DNA of 64,000 nucleotides from Camelus ferus. Lineage: Eukaryota. The notes below the pieces were generated by a model, which saw nothing but the letters and a program-made list of their open reading frames with translations, searched no databases and had not been told where the DNA came from. Shown here piece after piece: positions 52,558 to 64,000 of this stretch. The DNA lies in assembly GCF_009834535.1 (NCBI RefSeq), contig NC_045696.1:93498001-93562000 (forward strand), written 5' to 3'. The translations under genes were made by a program, and so were the position numbers. Numbering within the stretch: the first letter of the stretch is position 1; the number at the start of each line of letters is the position of its first letter.

Positions 52558-52728
52558 CAAGAAAAAAAGAAACAAAGAAGGAAGGGAGTGGGGGAAGTGG
52601 GAGGGAGGGAGGAAGAGGGAAGGCAGGAAAGAGGGAGGGAGGGAGACAGAGAGAGAGAAAGAAGGAGGGAGGGAGGGAGGAAGGAAGGAAGGAAGGAAGG
52701 AAATGAAAAAGCGAGAAAGAACAAGAAA
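52558..52728. repeat. GA-rich polypurine low-complexity tract (GGGA/GGAA)
   Basis: Seen directly in the sequence. It is the source of several spurious ORFs. Confidence 0.9.
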
Positions 52729-52769
52729 GCCTGAGAGGCAGTAGTAGCAACACAAAAGTAAAGCATGGC

Positions 52770-54040
52770 CGAATCAAGAAGGTGGAGTAGGAAGTTCCTG
52801 AGCTCACTCGCTCCAATGGACACAGCAAAACTACAGCTACATACAGAACAACTCTGAGAATGACCTGAAAACTAACAGAACAGATATTTCTACAACTAAG
52901 ATATAAAGAAAAGACCACACCTAGAGAGAGGTAGGAGGGACAGTGACATGGTCTAGTCAAAACCCACACCCTTGGTGCAGCAACCCACAAGCAGGAGGTA
53001 AATCACAACCGCAGAGGTGCCCCTCTAGGAGCAAGGGTTCTGAGCCCCACATCAGGCTCCTCAGCAGGGGGGAGCTGCAATGGGATCATGAGCCCCATAA
53101 CATCTGTCTTTGAAAACCAGCAGGGTTTACTTCTGAGAGAGCTGGAGGGCTATGAGAAACTAAGACATCACTCTTGAAGTTTATGCACAAACTAACTCAT
53201 TCAGTACCAGCACAGAGGCAGCAGCTTGAAAAGCACCTGAGTCATATGAGAAGATTTCATTTACTGAAACAAAGGATACATATAATATCTCAACAGATGC
53301 AGAAAAAGCATTTGACAAAATTCAACATCCATTTTTAATAAAAACTCTCAGTGCAGTGAGTATAGAGTGAACATAACTCATGATAATAATGGTCATATAC
53401 AACAAGCCCAAAGTTAACACCAAACCCAGTGATGAAAAGCTGAAAGCTTTCCCCCTAAGATTAGAAGCAAAACAGGGATGACCACTCTCACCAGTTCTAT
53501 TTAACAGTGTTGGAAGCCCTAGCCACAGCAGGCAAGAAAAAGAATGAAAAGGTATCCAAGAAAAATTCACTATTTTCATATGACATGATATATAGAGAAA
53601 ATCCTAAAGACTCCACCAAACACTATTAGAATTCATAAATGAACTCAGTGAAGTTGCAGGGTACAACATCAATATAAAGAAATCTCTTGTATTTCTATAT
53701 ACTAATAATAAACTATCAGAATGGAAATTAAGAGAACAGTCCCATTTACAGTTGCATCAAAAAGAATAAAATACTTAGGAATAAATTTAACCAAGCAGGT
53801 AAAAAATCTATGCTCTTAAAACTATAAGATATTGATAAAAAATGAAGACAACACAAATAAATGAAAAGATATATTGTGCTCATGGATTGGAAGAATCAAT
53901 ACTGTTAAAATGTCCATATTACCCAAAGCAATGCACAGATTCAGTGCAATCCTTTTCAAAATATCAGTAGCATTTTTCACAGATTTGAAACAAATAATCT
54001 TAAAATTTATGGAACCACAAAAAACTCAAATACCCAAGAA
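52770..54040 (+). mobile_element. Internally deleted L1: 5'UTR (52770-53265) joined to the ORF2 RT region (53266-54040)
   Basis: caagaaggtggagtaggaagttcctgagctcactc is an L1 5' start. gatgcagaaaaagcatttgacaaaattcaacatcc (DAEKAFDKIQHP) and ORF 53874-54116 (CSWIGRINTVKMSILPKA) are RT-region sequence. Confidence 0.85.
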
Positions 54041-54429
54041 GTTTCAGAGTAGTCAAGATGGAGAAGAGAAGCAAGAACTTATGGAGAACTGGCAAATTTT
54101 CCATTGTTTGAGTTGAGATTGGAGGCTGATTTTATTGTGTCCTGAATAAGTTTCATTGTAATATTTCCAAAGTCCAGTCAAAGTATTATAAAACATGGGT
54201 AGTTTTATAAATGTTTCACCAGAGAGGTACAATGGAAGAAGAATGAAGTAAGGGGTTTGAAATGTCCCTAAGAGTGGTAGAAATAATAAACCACTGATCC
54301 AAGCTTTAAGGGAAATGAAAGCAGGATAGAACTGATAGAGAAATAATAAAAGGGTCAATGAATCTGTGGTCAAAACAAGATAGAAGAATTGGCATATTGA
54401 AAGTAAATTAAATAGAAAATAAAGATCTT

Positions 54430-55130
54430 ATCTTTATATACCTAGAAATTATCCTTGATTCCTTCTTTATCCCCGTGACTACTCCATAAGCAATTCTTGT
54501 TAGCTCCACAAATGAAGTATCTCCTAAACCTGTCCACTTTTCACATATCCTCCGCTGACACACTTCTCTAGTGCACAATTAGATCACCATGACATCCTGC
54601 TCATAGACGTCCTGCTCCTGCTCTTGCTTCCCTGATCTTCTCATAATCCCATCTCTACATAGTAGACAGAGTGACCTCCTTTGAGTTCAGCATTCTTTCA
54701 ATTGCTCTCAATTACACTTAAAATAAAATCTCAATTCTTAACAAAGCTTCCAAGACCCTACATATCTTTCCCTGAAGACATTTCTGATTTTTTTTTTCTC
54801 ATGCCATTCTTATTACTAATGAGGAAGTCAATGAAGTGAGAGACCAGGATGCTTGGTAGGTCATTCACCTGTGGTTGAAGTCACATAGAACATGAGTGAG
54901 GTATGATGCAACAGAAAGCTCCCGAGAGATGTATATATTTAATTGTTTAACCATCAATTTTAATAAAATGATTATATGAATTAGAAAAGCAATAGAAACA
55001 TATTATACTATAAGCCCATTAAAGACAGGATTAACAACTTACTCATATTTGTACTCCCAGCAATTAGTACATTGCCTGGTAGAGCAGGCACCCAATAAAT
55101 TTTGGTTGGTGAATAATTGCATGAATTTAT
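54430..55130 (+). mobile_element. L2 fragments
   Basis: atctcctaaacctgtccacttttc…aaaataaaatctcaattcttaacaaagcttccaagaccc; tttgtactcccagcaattagtacattgcctggtagagcaggcacccaataaat. Confidence 0.65.
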
Positions 55131-55154
55131 AAACACAGAGGTTTTATTGGATGG

Positions 55155-55585
55155 ATGCATTAGAGTCCGTTGTTCTTCTCTGCTGTATATCTACTCCTTC
55201 TGATTTTGCTTTGGGAAATAACTGTCTTCCCTTCATAAAGTCTTGCTAGAACTGCCCGCCAAGGAGACCCACCTGCTCCTGGCATGTGGCTCAGTCTAAG
55301 CCAATCAGAATCCTTCAGGGAATCTCAATCTTGACCAGAATGATGTTGAGACAGCAAAACTGTTGGAGCTGGTTCATGTCGATGGTAACATATTAAGAAG
55401 ATTTTCCCGTAATTCACATCCTCTATATCCTTCGGACCCTGCTTTCTTGGCTTTTTGAGTGGTGGTTCTTTACCTTTTCCGTCACTATTATGAGTTGCAT
55501 CATAGATTTCTAATAAATTATTTTTTTAGTGTAAGTTAAGCAGAGTCCTTTTCTCTTGCTTGCAGCCAAGGAATGCCAACTAAAA
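55155..55585 (+). mobile_element. LTR33-like ERVL solo LTR
   Basis: gccaatcagaatcc…tgttggagctggttcatg…taataaattatttttttagtgtaagttaagcagagtccttttctcttgcttgcagccaagg. Confidence 0.7.
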
Positions 55586-55599
55586 AAATTAAAACTCTA

Positions 55600-56330
55600 A
55601 TGTAATTAAGAGAAAGTATATTTATTTTAATAACTATTGAGTACTGGTATGCACAAAAAAATAATAGCAAATACCAATAAATCTAAAAATTCTTTCAGAA
55701 CTAGTTCTTGTCTTTAAGAAACTTAAAGAGTTTTTAGGGGGATAAGGAAGAGTAGCAAATAAATTTAATTCAACATAAAGTAAGATCAGTGGTGTAAGAG
55801 ATACAGGTGAAATGCCAAAGGGATCTCCAGTTAGAGCAATTATGGTAGAATTGGCCTATGCTTAAGATTTGGGCATGCTGACTTAGGAAAGACATCCAGG
55901 ATCAGAGTAAGCAGTGCACAGAGATAAGAAAGCATCAAGTATGTGTGACGGTCAGCAAGTAGATCAATTTGCTACAGCATAGGGTTCATGGAGGACAATA
56001 ATGAAAAAATTAGCCTGCAAATAGTGGATGGGAGCTGAAACGCCAGGCTGAGAGAAGTCTAGCTTTAATTTTGTAGGCAGTAGGAAGCCAAAAATATTAT
56101 TTGTGCAGAATTGTTTGGAAAAGTAAGGCTTGTCAAGTCATATATGATATGCTCGAGCAAGGTAGAGAACAAATTGATGAGACGAATTTACAAGGTATTG
56201 AGATAGTTAAATCAAGGTACAATTAACACCAGAATGAAGGAACTTTTGAATACTTTCTATCTATTGATGATGGAAAGAAGGGTAAGAATCAAAAAAGGCA
56301 GTGAGGCCTTGAGCTGAATAAGATGCTAAA
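55600..56330 (-). mobile_element. L2 fragment (antisense)
   Basis: aataactattgagtactggtatgcac…ccaggctgagagaagtctagctttaattttgtaggcagtaggaagcca. Confidence 0.6.
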
Positions 56331-56359
56331 ATTGATATAACATATTCCACAGCTCTGTA

Positions 56360-56790
56360 TTTTCAAACTGTTTTTCTGCCTTCCCTCTCCTGAGTTTCAG
56401 TCATTCACCTCCAGCTGCCCACATAACATCTTCACTTGGATAGGCCAGTATTATCATAAACTAACATGCCTAAAAACAGGTATCTTCTTTATCCTTTACC
56501 CCTAAGTCACCTCCCATTCTTTTCTCACAAACTTAGAAACCTCTCCACATCTTTCAGTCCTTCAGCTCCCACTCATCTCTACATCACATCAGCCAGAGGA
56601 GACCTTTGTTCACTCATGCCTGGTTCACTGTGGCTGCTTCCTGATAAATCTCCCTGTTCCTGTTTCTCCCTGCTACATAGCAGGGCATCAGTAAACTCTG
56701 CCTAAAGTTGATAATCTGGCAAGCACAATGCAGCTTTTATTGCCACATGGATCGGCTGAAACCCTTAAAAAATAATATTACTCCCATGCT
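56360..56790 (+). mobile_element. L2 fragment
   Basis: ccctctcctgagtttcagtcattcacctccagctgcccacataacatcttcacttggata…aaactaacatgcctaaaa. Confidence 0.6.
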
Positions 56791-57055
56791 CAAGAAATTG
56801 TAATGGAGCCTACTTGCTCCAAATTTTGGTGGGTAAGAACTATTTTTTCTATTATTTCTTATTTTTCAAGGTACACTATTTTATTTCTGTGTGCATGTGT
56901 GTATGTGGGGAGTGTGACTGTGGGCATGTGCACACACTAACAACAGAGCCTAAACAACCTGGGCTTCACCGGGACCATGTTGCCCAATTAGACACCACCT
57001 TTTACCTCTCAGTCCTGAGGAATTATGATGCGGAAACAAGGAAATTGGAAAGGAG

Positions 57056-57088
<33 letters not shown>

Positions 57089-57116
57089 TGTATGTATGTA
57101 TGTATGTATGTGTGTA

Positions 57117-57202
<86 letters not shown>
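57056..57202. repeat. Compound (TATG)n(TG)n(TA)n microsatellite
   Basis: Seen directly; about 147 bp of continuous alternating purine-pyrimidine. Confidence 0.95.
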
Positions 57203-57203
<1 letters not shown>

Positions 57204-60200
57204 CAGAAGGCCAAAATCCTCTGCTTATCTGCTCATGTATTCAGCTACTTGGTGTTTAGAGGTTTCTATCGATAGAACTCATTCACATAATTTCCAGCTT
57301 TATTCTGTATTACTCCAAAAAAAAAAAAAAAACCCAAACCCTGTATAATAGTGGATACTTAAAAAATACTAGTTTAGTCAAGTAACTGCAGGTAGCTTGA
57401 CACTTGAAAATCAACAAAACACTAGAAAAAAACTAGGTTCATTCTGGTAGAAAAGAAACAGCCAAGCATAGTTTAATATGATTTTTGGTATGTACTTAAC
57501 AGTTACTTAGAGATTGATAACCTGAGAACCAGAAGTAATCTCAGTGTCCCCAATCTCAGTTGAATACATATTTTTAAATTTTTTTTAATGTTGTATAATC
57601 ACCTTTTATGAATGTCTTTAAGGGAACAAGGCCTTCATTTGAAGGTAGCACTCAGGTGTGGTCCTGTCTAAAGTCAGGCTGATAGGATGGGAAGAAAGTG
57701 ATCTGTTTCTTAGCTCAAAGCCCAGGTCCTTGCCATTTTGCTGCAATTCTGTGGTCTCAGGACAGAGTTAAGATGAAATGGCAATGTTCCCAAATTTAGT
57801 GAGTTTAGACTGAACACAGATTGATGTGTATTTCACACTGGCTGTTTGTAGTAGGAGTAGGAGAAAAAAATGACAAATGTGTTTGTTATAAGATAAAAAG
57901 TGAATTTAGTAATTAAGAGAATTTAAAGTCTCTTAAATTTAGTGCAGACAGTACATTTAGAGATATATTTTTTACGAAGTCTTGCAATCGATTCTTAATA
58001 AACTCAGGCTTGAGTCTATGGTTCATTACTCAAATGTCTCCATGTTGGCAGTTTCTGATTTCATCATTATTAAAAACATGGCATTGTTTCAAACATCTGG
58101 GCTGCCTTAAAGTGAAAATAAAAGCCATGATGGAAACTGTGACCAAAGCCACTTTTTCATGTTAAAAAAGTATATAGCAGGGTTTTTTTGTTTTTCCTAG
58201 AGCATCTGATTGTTAGTTTTCATTCTCTTCTTTGAGCCCTTTTCTTTTTTTATCTGATCATCAAAACATAAGTCATCAGAACTACAAGGATAGACCTTAC
58301 CACAGTTGTATTTCCTCCTGAGGAAAAAGAAACAGCTCACTGACTGTGATAAACTTGATCTACAGTGCTTTTGCATATAAATTTATGTTTTGTGATAATA
58401 AAACTTCTGTAATCCTTCTTTTTTTTAGTCAAAATACATTAGGGCTAACATTCATTTATTTATTCACTCATCAGGTATTTACTGAGTATCTACTAGATGC
58501 CAGCACCACTGGTATTCAATGATTAGCATAAATGTGTCCCAGGCCTCAAAATGATAGGTAGGATGTGTTATTGAAATTCTTCACTCAGTTATGAGCAACA
58601 GGAAGCTCAATTTATTCTTAGAAATATCTATATTCATAAGGATTCATATATTTGTATATATTTGACTACTGGATACTGGTGTCCCTTCTGTTGCTGGGGA
58701 CTCTCAATTGTTAATGTCAAGGTAAGTGCAAGAGACAGACTTTCGTAAATCACAGTAGATAATAAAAGATTTATGTAAATAAGGTCCACAAGAAATGGCA
58801 TTTGAGTTACTGTAAAACCATATGAAAGAAAGAGGAGCACTTTGCGCCAGGAAGTAGTATTTACATTAGAAACTGAAGGATAAGGAGGAATACAGAAAAG
58901 GGGTGTGGTGAGTTAAAGAAGAAAATTTGAGGCAGATGGTAGAGCATCTGCAAATACATGGTGTAAAAGAGAGTCAGGTATCTTCCAGGAACTGAATGAG
59001 CTCAGTGTAGCCAGATACAGAATGAGGACAAGTCTGAGGGAGCACTGGGGAATCTGAAATGCTGGCACGTTTGCTGCTTGCTCATCTTTCTCTTCCTATG
59101 ACTCCAGAGTTTGGAATCATCTGCAGCAAAGGAGAAGGTTGTACCATTCAGCCAGATTTTGCTGAGTGAGTACTGCAAATGTGTCCCTGTCCAACTGAAG
59201 TGTGGGCAGGACTGTAAAAAGTGGTGAATGGCACAGTGAGGATTATCCTTCCTCAAATTTCCCCCTTTTCCCTGAGGCAAAGTCAGAAGAGCAGGGAATT
59301 TTAAGTTCTTCATGGAATCCAGAATTAAAGCATATTCCAAATCACAGGCTGTCCCTGTCATCCCAGACACACACACACACACACCAGTTCCTCCAGTGTG
59401 GTGGGGTGAGAGGACTAAGCCATACCCCAAGCCTCTGTGTGGTCAGCTGGGCCATCTACCAACGATCCTCTGGGCTGTAAGGGCAAGTCAACCTCCAGGA
59501 TGTCATCACCACCAGTAGCAGAGATTGGAACTCTAAGGGTACCAGCCCTTCAAGTAAGAAACTAGTATGTCTGTGTGTTTAATATGAATAAAGTGGCCTT
59601 TCTTAGATCACAACTGAGTAGATAATGTCAGGAATGTATACTACATAAAATTATGATCAAAAAAATTACTGGGTAATTGGTTATTTAATTTCTCCCTTAC
59701 CTACTGGAACACAAATTCCCCTAAAGAAGGAACCATTTCTTTCCCAATGTTCAAAACTGGTTTATTTTTATTGATTTCCTCTGATGGAGGACAGTGAATG
59801 AAAAATATAAGTAAAAGGAAAGATCAGAGACTTGGAGCTCAAGTAAGAAATCAAGACTCTGGCTATGAAATAGGATCCCTGAATTAAGAGTTGTATTTTG
59901 AACCTTGGAATTAAATAAGACTGTATAGGAAGGAAGGATAAAGTGAGGTGAAAATAGACAAAAACATAGAAACAGTATGTGCAGTCTAGCATAACAAATA
60001 AAAGAATAAAGAAATCTGGAGCAACCAAGAGGAAGTGCACTTCCCTGGACATGTGCAGGTTAGGTTAAAATGGTCTAGGAAGGGGATGAGAGTGAGTAAT
60101 TTATATATCACAAACAAAAGGAAATTTTCAAATTGTTGCACATGCAAAGTAAATCATCTAAAGTTACCTTTTCCCTTTTTTTTAAGCCATAGAGTCAAGT

Positions 60201-61650
60201 AGTTAGGAAGTACTCTTGTAACTCTATGAAAGAAGATGTTTTAAAGCTTGAAATCATATAGATCAAATTTGGTTTTCTTAGTAAATCTTCTACTTACATT
60301 TGTGAAAATTTTGATCTAATGTCCATGAGACTGCTGAATTTCATATACAGTCAGATCCCTAAAATTACACTTAATCCAAACTTCTAGTTAAAATGTTCAC
60401 TCCAAAAAAGTACCACTGACCGTAACCTTAGGCTACAATAAATGCCTCTTGTCACTATCTGTGCAGCAACTCCAAGTGCAGGACATACACTTTGAGTCTG
60501 ACAGGTTTAGGATCCAGTATGCATTGAAACAGTATTTTGTTTTCATTAAGATATTCACCTTTACCCCCAGTTTACAGCCAGAAATTTCATTCTGCTTTAA
60601 GGTCCAGAAAAAGTAAAAATACAACACAAAGTAGTGCAGCTAGTGAGTAAAGGAACCAGGAAAAAAAAAAAAAAAAACTACTTAGCCCTGTTCTTGTTCT
60701 AATTCCAAGCACTGCCAGTGTGCCTATAACATTATATTTTTGAATACAATTGGGTTAATTTAAGACTAAATACTTAATTATCACTCTTCAAAGCTGCTCA
60801 GGAGTCTGGCCTGATTTGAGACATGAAAATGTTTGTACTTTATTAATATTGCATCATACAAATGAGCATTTATTATGCATAGTGTTTCATAGCTTTTTTC
60901 TTTTGAAAAATTTTTAAACCTCCCTTAAAGCTATTTCCTTAAGGCAGATGGCATTTTCTGACCTTTCTTTTTAGTGCTAGATTGTTTTATCCAAAGTAAT
61001 GAGAAGTGTTCCTTTGAGGTTTGAAGCCTAATTTTTCCCCAGTTAGAGGCATACATCAGAGGCACATTTCAAGACTTTGAATTGCTTGGCCAGATAGCTT
61101 GTGCATGGCGGGTATTTGTTGGTTGGCTGGTTTATTAGTAGATTTGTTGATTAATTGAAATTTAAATTGAATACATTTACAAATCTAGGTAAGATTAACA
61201 AAAATAAATATGATTGGTGACCAAACAAAAATAAATGGAAAATGAGCAGATACGGAATCTTGAGTTTTGCAACTGTCATTTTTAGAAATCGAAATCTTTT
61301 TAAGAGTTTAATTTGAATTCATAATGTGGAATAATGTTTAAGATGGCACCTAACAGTAGAAGCACTAAAATAACTTATTCTTTAATGAATATTTGTTGAA
61401 TAAATAAACTGTATGATTATTTCCTTGCTACAACTATTTTAAATCAAATTCTAATTAGTTTTAATTCAGAGTCCAAGATGAACAACAGGATATAATACAA
61501 AACATATTATAAATCATCTATTTGGAATCTTTAATTTTCAGGTGAAAAAACTGGCCTATAGAGGCAATGTAACTTCTCCTATATTTATTCCAAAGTAAAT
61601 TAGGTCAGAATCCAGGTTATAAATATTATTGATTAATATGTATTTATAAC

Positions 61651-62255
61651 CTGGGTTGATTTTATGTGTCAACTTGTCTGGACCACAGTACCCAGATATT
61701 TGGTCAAAAACTACTCTGCATCTTGCTGTACACCTGAAACTAACATTGTAAATCAACTACACTTCAAGAAAAAACAAAATTAAAAAAAAAAACTATTCTG
61801 GACATTTCTGTGAGGGTGTTTTTGGATGAGATTTACATTTAAATTAGGAATTTTGAGTACAGCACATTGCTCTCCATAATGTGCATGGGCCTCGTCCAAT
61901 CAGTTGAAGACCTGAACAGAACAGAAGTCTGACATTCCGAAGAAAGAGGAAATTCTAAGACTGCCTTCAGAATTTATCAACAACATAGGCTCTTTATAGT
62001 TCTATGGCAAACTGCCTTTGGATTCAAATTGCTACTCTTTCCTGAGTCTCCAGCCTTCCAGCCTCCTCCTCTGTCAGATTTTGGACTCTCCAGGCCTCCA
62101 CAACCATGTGAGCTAATTCCATAAGATAAATCTTTATATACATACATATACTTGTATATAAGATATATAGATACCATATGTATATACATCATATCATATA
62201 TATATATAAACATATCTTATTGGTTTTATTTCTTTGGAGATCCCTGACTAATACA
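61651..62255 (+). mobile_element. MLT2 (ERVL) solo LTR
   Basis: ttttatgtgtcaacttgtctggaccacagtacccagatatttggtcaaa…ccaatcagttgaagacctgaacaga…tctttggagatccctgactaataca. Near-TSD ataac/ctaac. Confidence 0.9.
61719..61787 (+). mobile_element. Extremely 5'-truncated L1 (~48 nt plus A-tail) inserted in MLT2
   Basis: ttgctgtacacctgaaactaacattgtaaatcaactacacttcaa followed by an A-tail. 13-bp TSD aaaaacta(c/t)tctg at 61706-61718 and 61788-61800. Confidence 0.9.
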
Positions 62256-62349
62256 CTAACATTTTATTTAATAAGTTCAGAAGCCATTGTTTGTGCAGAG
62301 ATCATTCAAATTATCCTTCAAAAGAAGGACAATATTCATGGAATAGGAA

Positions 62350-62620
62350 CAAACAGCTTCTTGACACAGTGATCAGGAAATCTGGATTCTGTCTCTTCCT
62401 AGCTGAGTGAACTTGGGTAAATCTCTTAACTAGTTTCCTTACCCATAACTCTATATGCGCAATTCAAGATGTTTTCACACATATTATATTATTGTTATTA
62501 AAGTAGCCCAGAGAAACTAAGAAGCTTATTTTTTAGGTTAAAAATGGGAAAACAGATCCTAAAGACCTGAAAATAATTTGCCCAAAATTAGAGTCCTCAG
62601 AATAGAGCCACAGTCTTCTG
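62350..62620. mobile_element. MIR fragments (both orientations)
   Basis: tctggattctgtctcttcctagctgagtgaacttgggtaaatctcttaac on the plus strand; aaaataatttgcccaaaattag on the minus strand. Confidence 0.6.
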
Positions 62621-64000
62621 AACTGTTGGTAGAAGCAAATGAAGTATGAAGGATATGGGAAAACAGCCATGAACAAGCATCAAAAGTCTAGTTCTGATGT
62701 TAGGGACTAGTCCCATTTTTACTACCTGACCATGAACTTTTAGAAGTTTATTTTTTTTTTAATTGTATAGTCCAAAGGCCTCACGTACTACCTGGAACAC
62801 ACTAGATGTACAACAGATGTGGGAGGACTAAATGAATGAACGAATAAACAAATGAAAGAAAGAAAATACTTCCTGTGTAACCTATTGGGAAATTCATTTA
62901 AACCTTCTAAGATTCAATTTCTCCAAAGAAGATGAGATGAATTCAAAGCTCAGTAAGTCTGCAATTGGACCATCACTGGGGTCATCTCTTCCTCCAAAGT
63001 TCAGCAGCTCATCTTGAATATTACTATGATGTTAAAATTACTTTCTAAATTCATATATAAAGCAGTCTTGCCTTTAACATGTTTGACTATGTCTTTGAAA
63101 TTTAGGAACCATACTTCTATCATTAGCATTAAATGCTTAATGACCCAACTGTGTGTTGATAACTATGCTTGAAATTAAACAGTACTGAATATATTCATGT
63201 GTGAGTTGAAGGAATATTTTTCTTTAGTTATTCATGGTAGTGATGTTTCTTCTAGACAGTTTATTGAAGATCATGAAGATAAGTTTTAAATGAATGTAGT
63301 ATAAAAACTATACTTAGTTTTAATATTAGGAAATTCCAGTTTCAATTTCTGGTCAACCAGAATCAAGACAATCAGATTGAGTGAGAGATTCATATCATAC
63401 TTTTTAATATCCCTCGTTCTTAGAGTAAGATATTCAATATCCTTTATAGATGACTCTTTCAAAATTTTTTTTTAACAGTAAGATATTAAACCTAACTTTG
63501 GAACAATGTACTCTAAGGCCTTCTTCAGCTTTAAAACATTATGAGGCTATGCTTATCTAACTAAGTTATGAAGGTTTCAACTGTTAATATTAATAACAGC
63601 TCTATGCATCTTGAGTCCACATAAGAAAAAAGTTTAAATCAAAGTCTTTATAAAAAGTATAGTAATATCTTGCTGATCTTGAGGTCATGTAAGAGTAATC
63701 TCAAGTGTTTAGAGCCAGCAAATAACATTTAAAAGGTCCTTCAGCAGGTAAAATATTTCTAACAAATATCATATAATAGTAAGTTCCTTCAGGGACTTAC
63801 TCAGAGCCTATTTATTTCTACTTTACATAGATTAATTAAGTTTGGCTATATGATTTCATAGGCCTGAAATAAATTAGAAGCAAAAAAAAAATTAGGAAGA
63901 AAAGGAGGACAGTCAAAGGTAGATGTGTACATTGAGTGGTGAAATGAGATATTTTGACAATGAAAGAGGAAACTAAACACAATTCATTCAATTGTCCTGA

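Noticed and set aside
52109..52990. Overlapping 88-163 aa ORFs
   Set aside because: They arise from the CA repeat, the polypurine tract and antisense L1 5'UTR.
56814..57348. ORFs with YVCM/YI repeats (also 23137-23508)
   Set aside because: They are translations of microsatellites.
57903..57943. 8-bp hairpin (ttaagaga/tctcttaa) between aatttagt direct repeats
   Set aside because: Short and very AT-rich, so it cannot be distinguished from chance.
59108..59165. Plus-strand exon-like segment with acceptor and GTGAGT donor
   Set aside because: Isolated, 58 nt, with an unrecognised peptide and no partner exons.
1..64000. Prokaryotic-type systems (CRISPR arrays, operons, IS elements), tRNA or rRNA genes
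   Set aside because: The sequence is mammalian repeat-rich DNA; I saw no spaced direct-repeat array, long ORF or tRNA/rRNA motif.

Overview
AT-rich, CpG-depleted eutherian genomic DNA, either intergenic or deep intronic. I can support no protein-coding exon: the ORF track is explained by LINE-1 remnants, microsatellites, a translated U6 copy and chance ORFs. The youngest L1 3' ends (…gactatacttcaataaaa) look like those of a cetartiodactyl, probably a camelid. That is an inference from recalled consensus, and I saw no Alu, B1, Bov-tA or PRE-1 SINEs. A large part of the window is interspersed repeats: L1 of several ages, L2, MIR, MLT1/MLT2/LTR33 LTRs, an ERVL-type internal segment, and MER20, MER102 and Tigger2-type DNA transposons, often nested. 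Three items stand out. (1) At 3281-3886, an L1-type retrocopy of an apparently chimeric transcript: a CpG-rich leader with a Kozak ATG, joined to an ERV1-like LTR that supplies AATAAA, then an A-tail and a flanking direct repeat. (2) At 24505-24904, a full-length U6 snRNA fused to an L1 3' end, with a poly(A) tail and a 14-bp target-site duplication. (3) At about 37.9-38.2 kb, a cluster of ETS and FOX:ETS motifs. Repeat subfamily names were assigned by eye from memory and need RepeatMasker/Dfam confirmation. Boundaries of old repeats are approximate.
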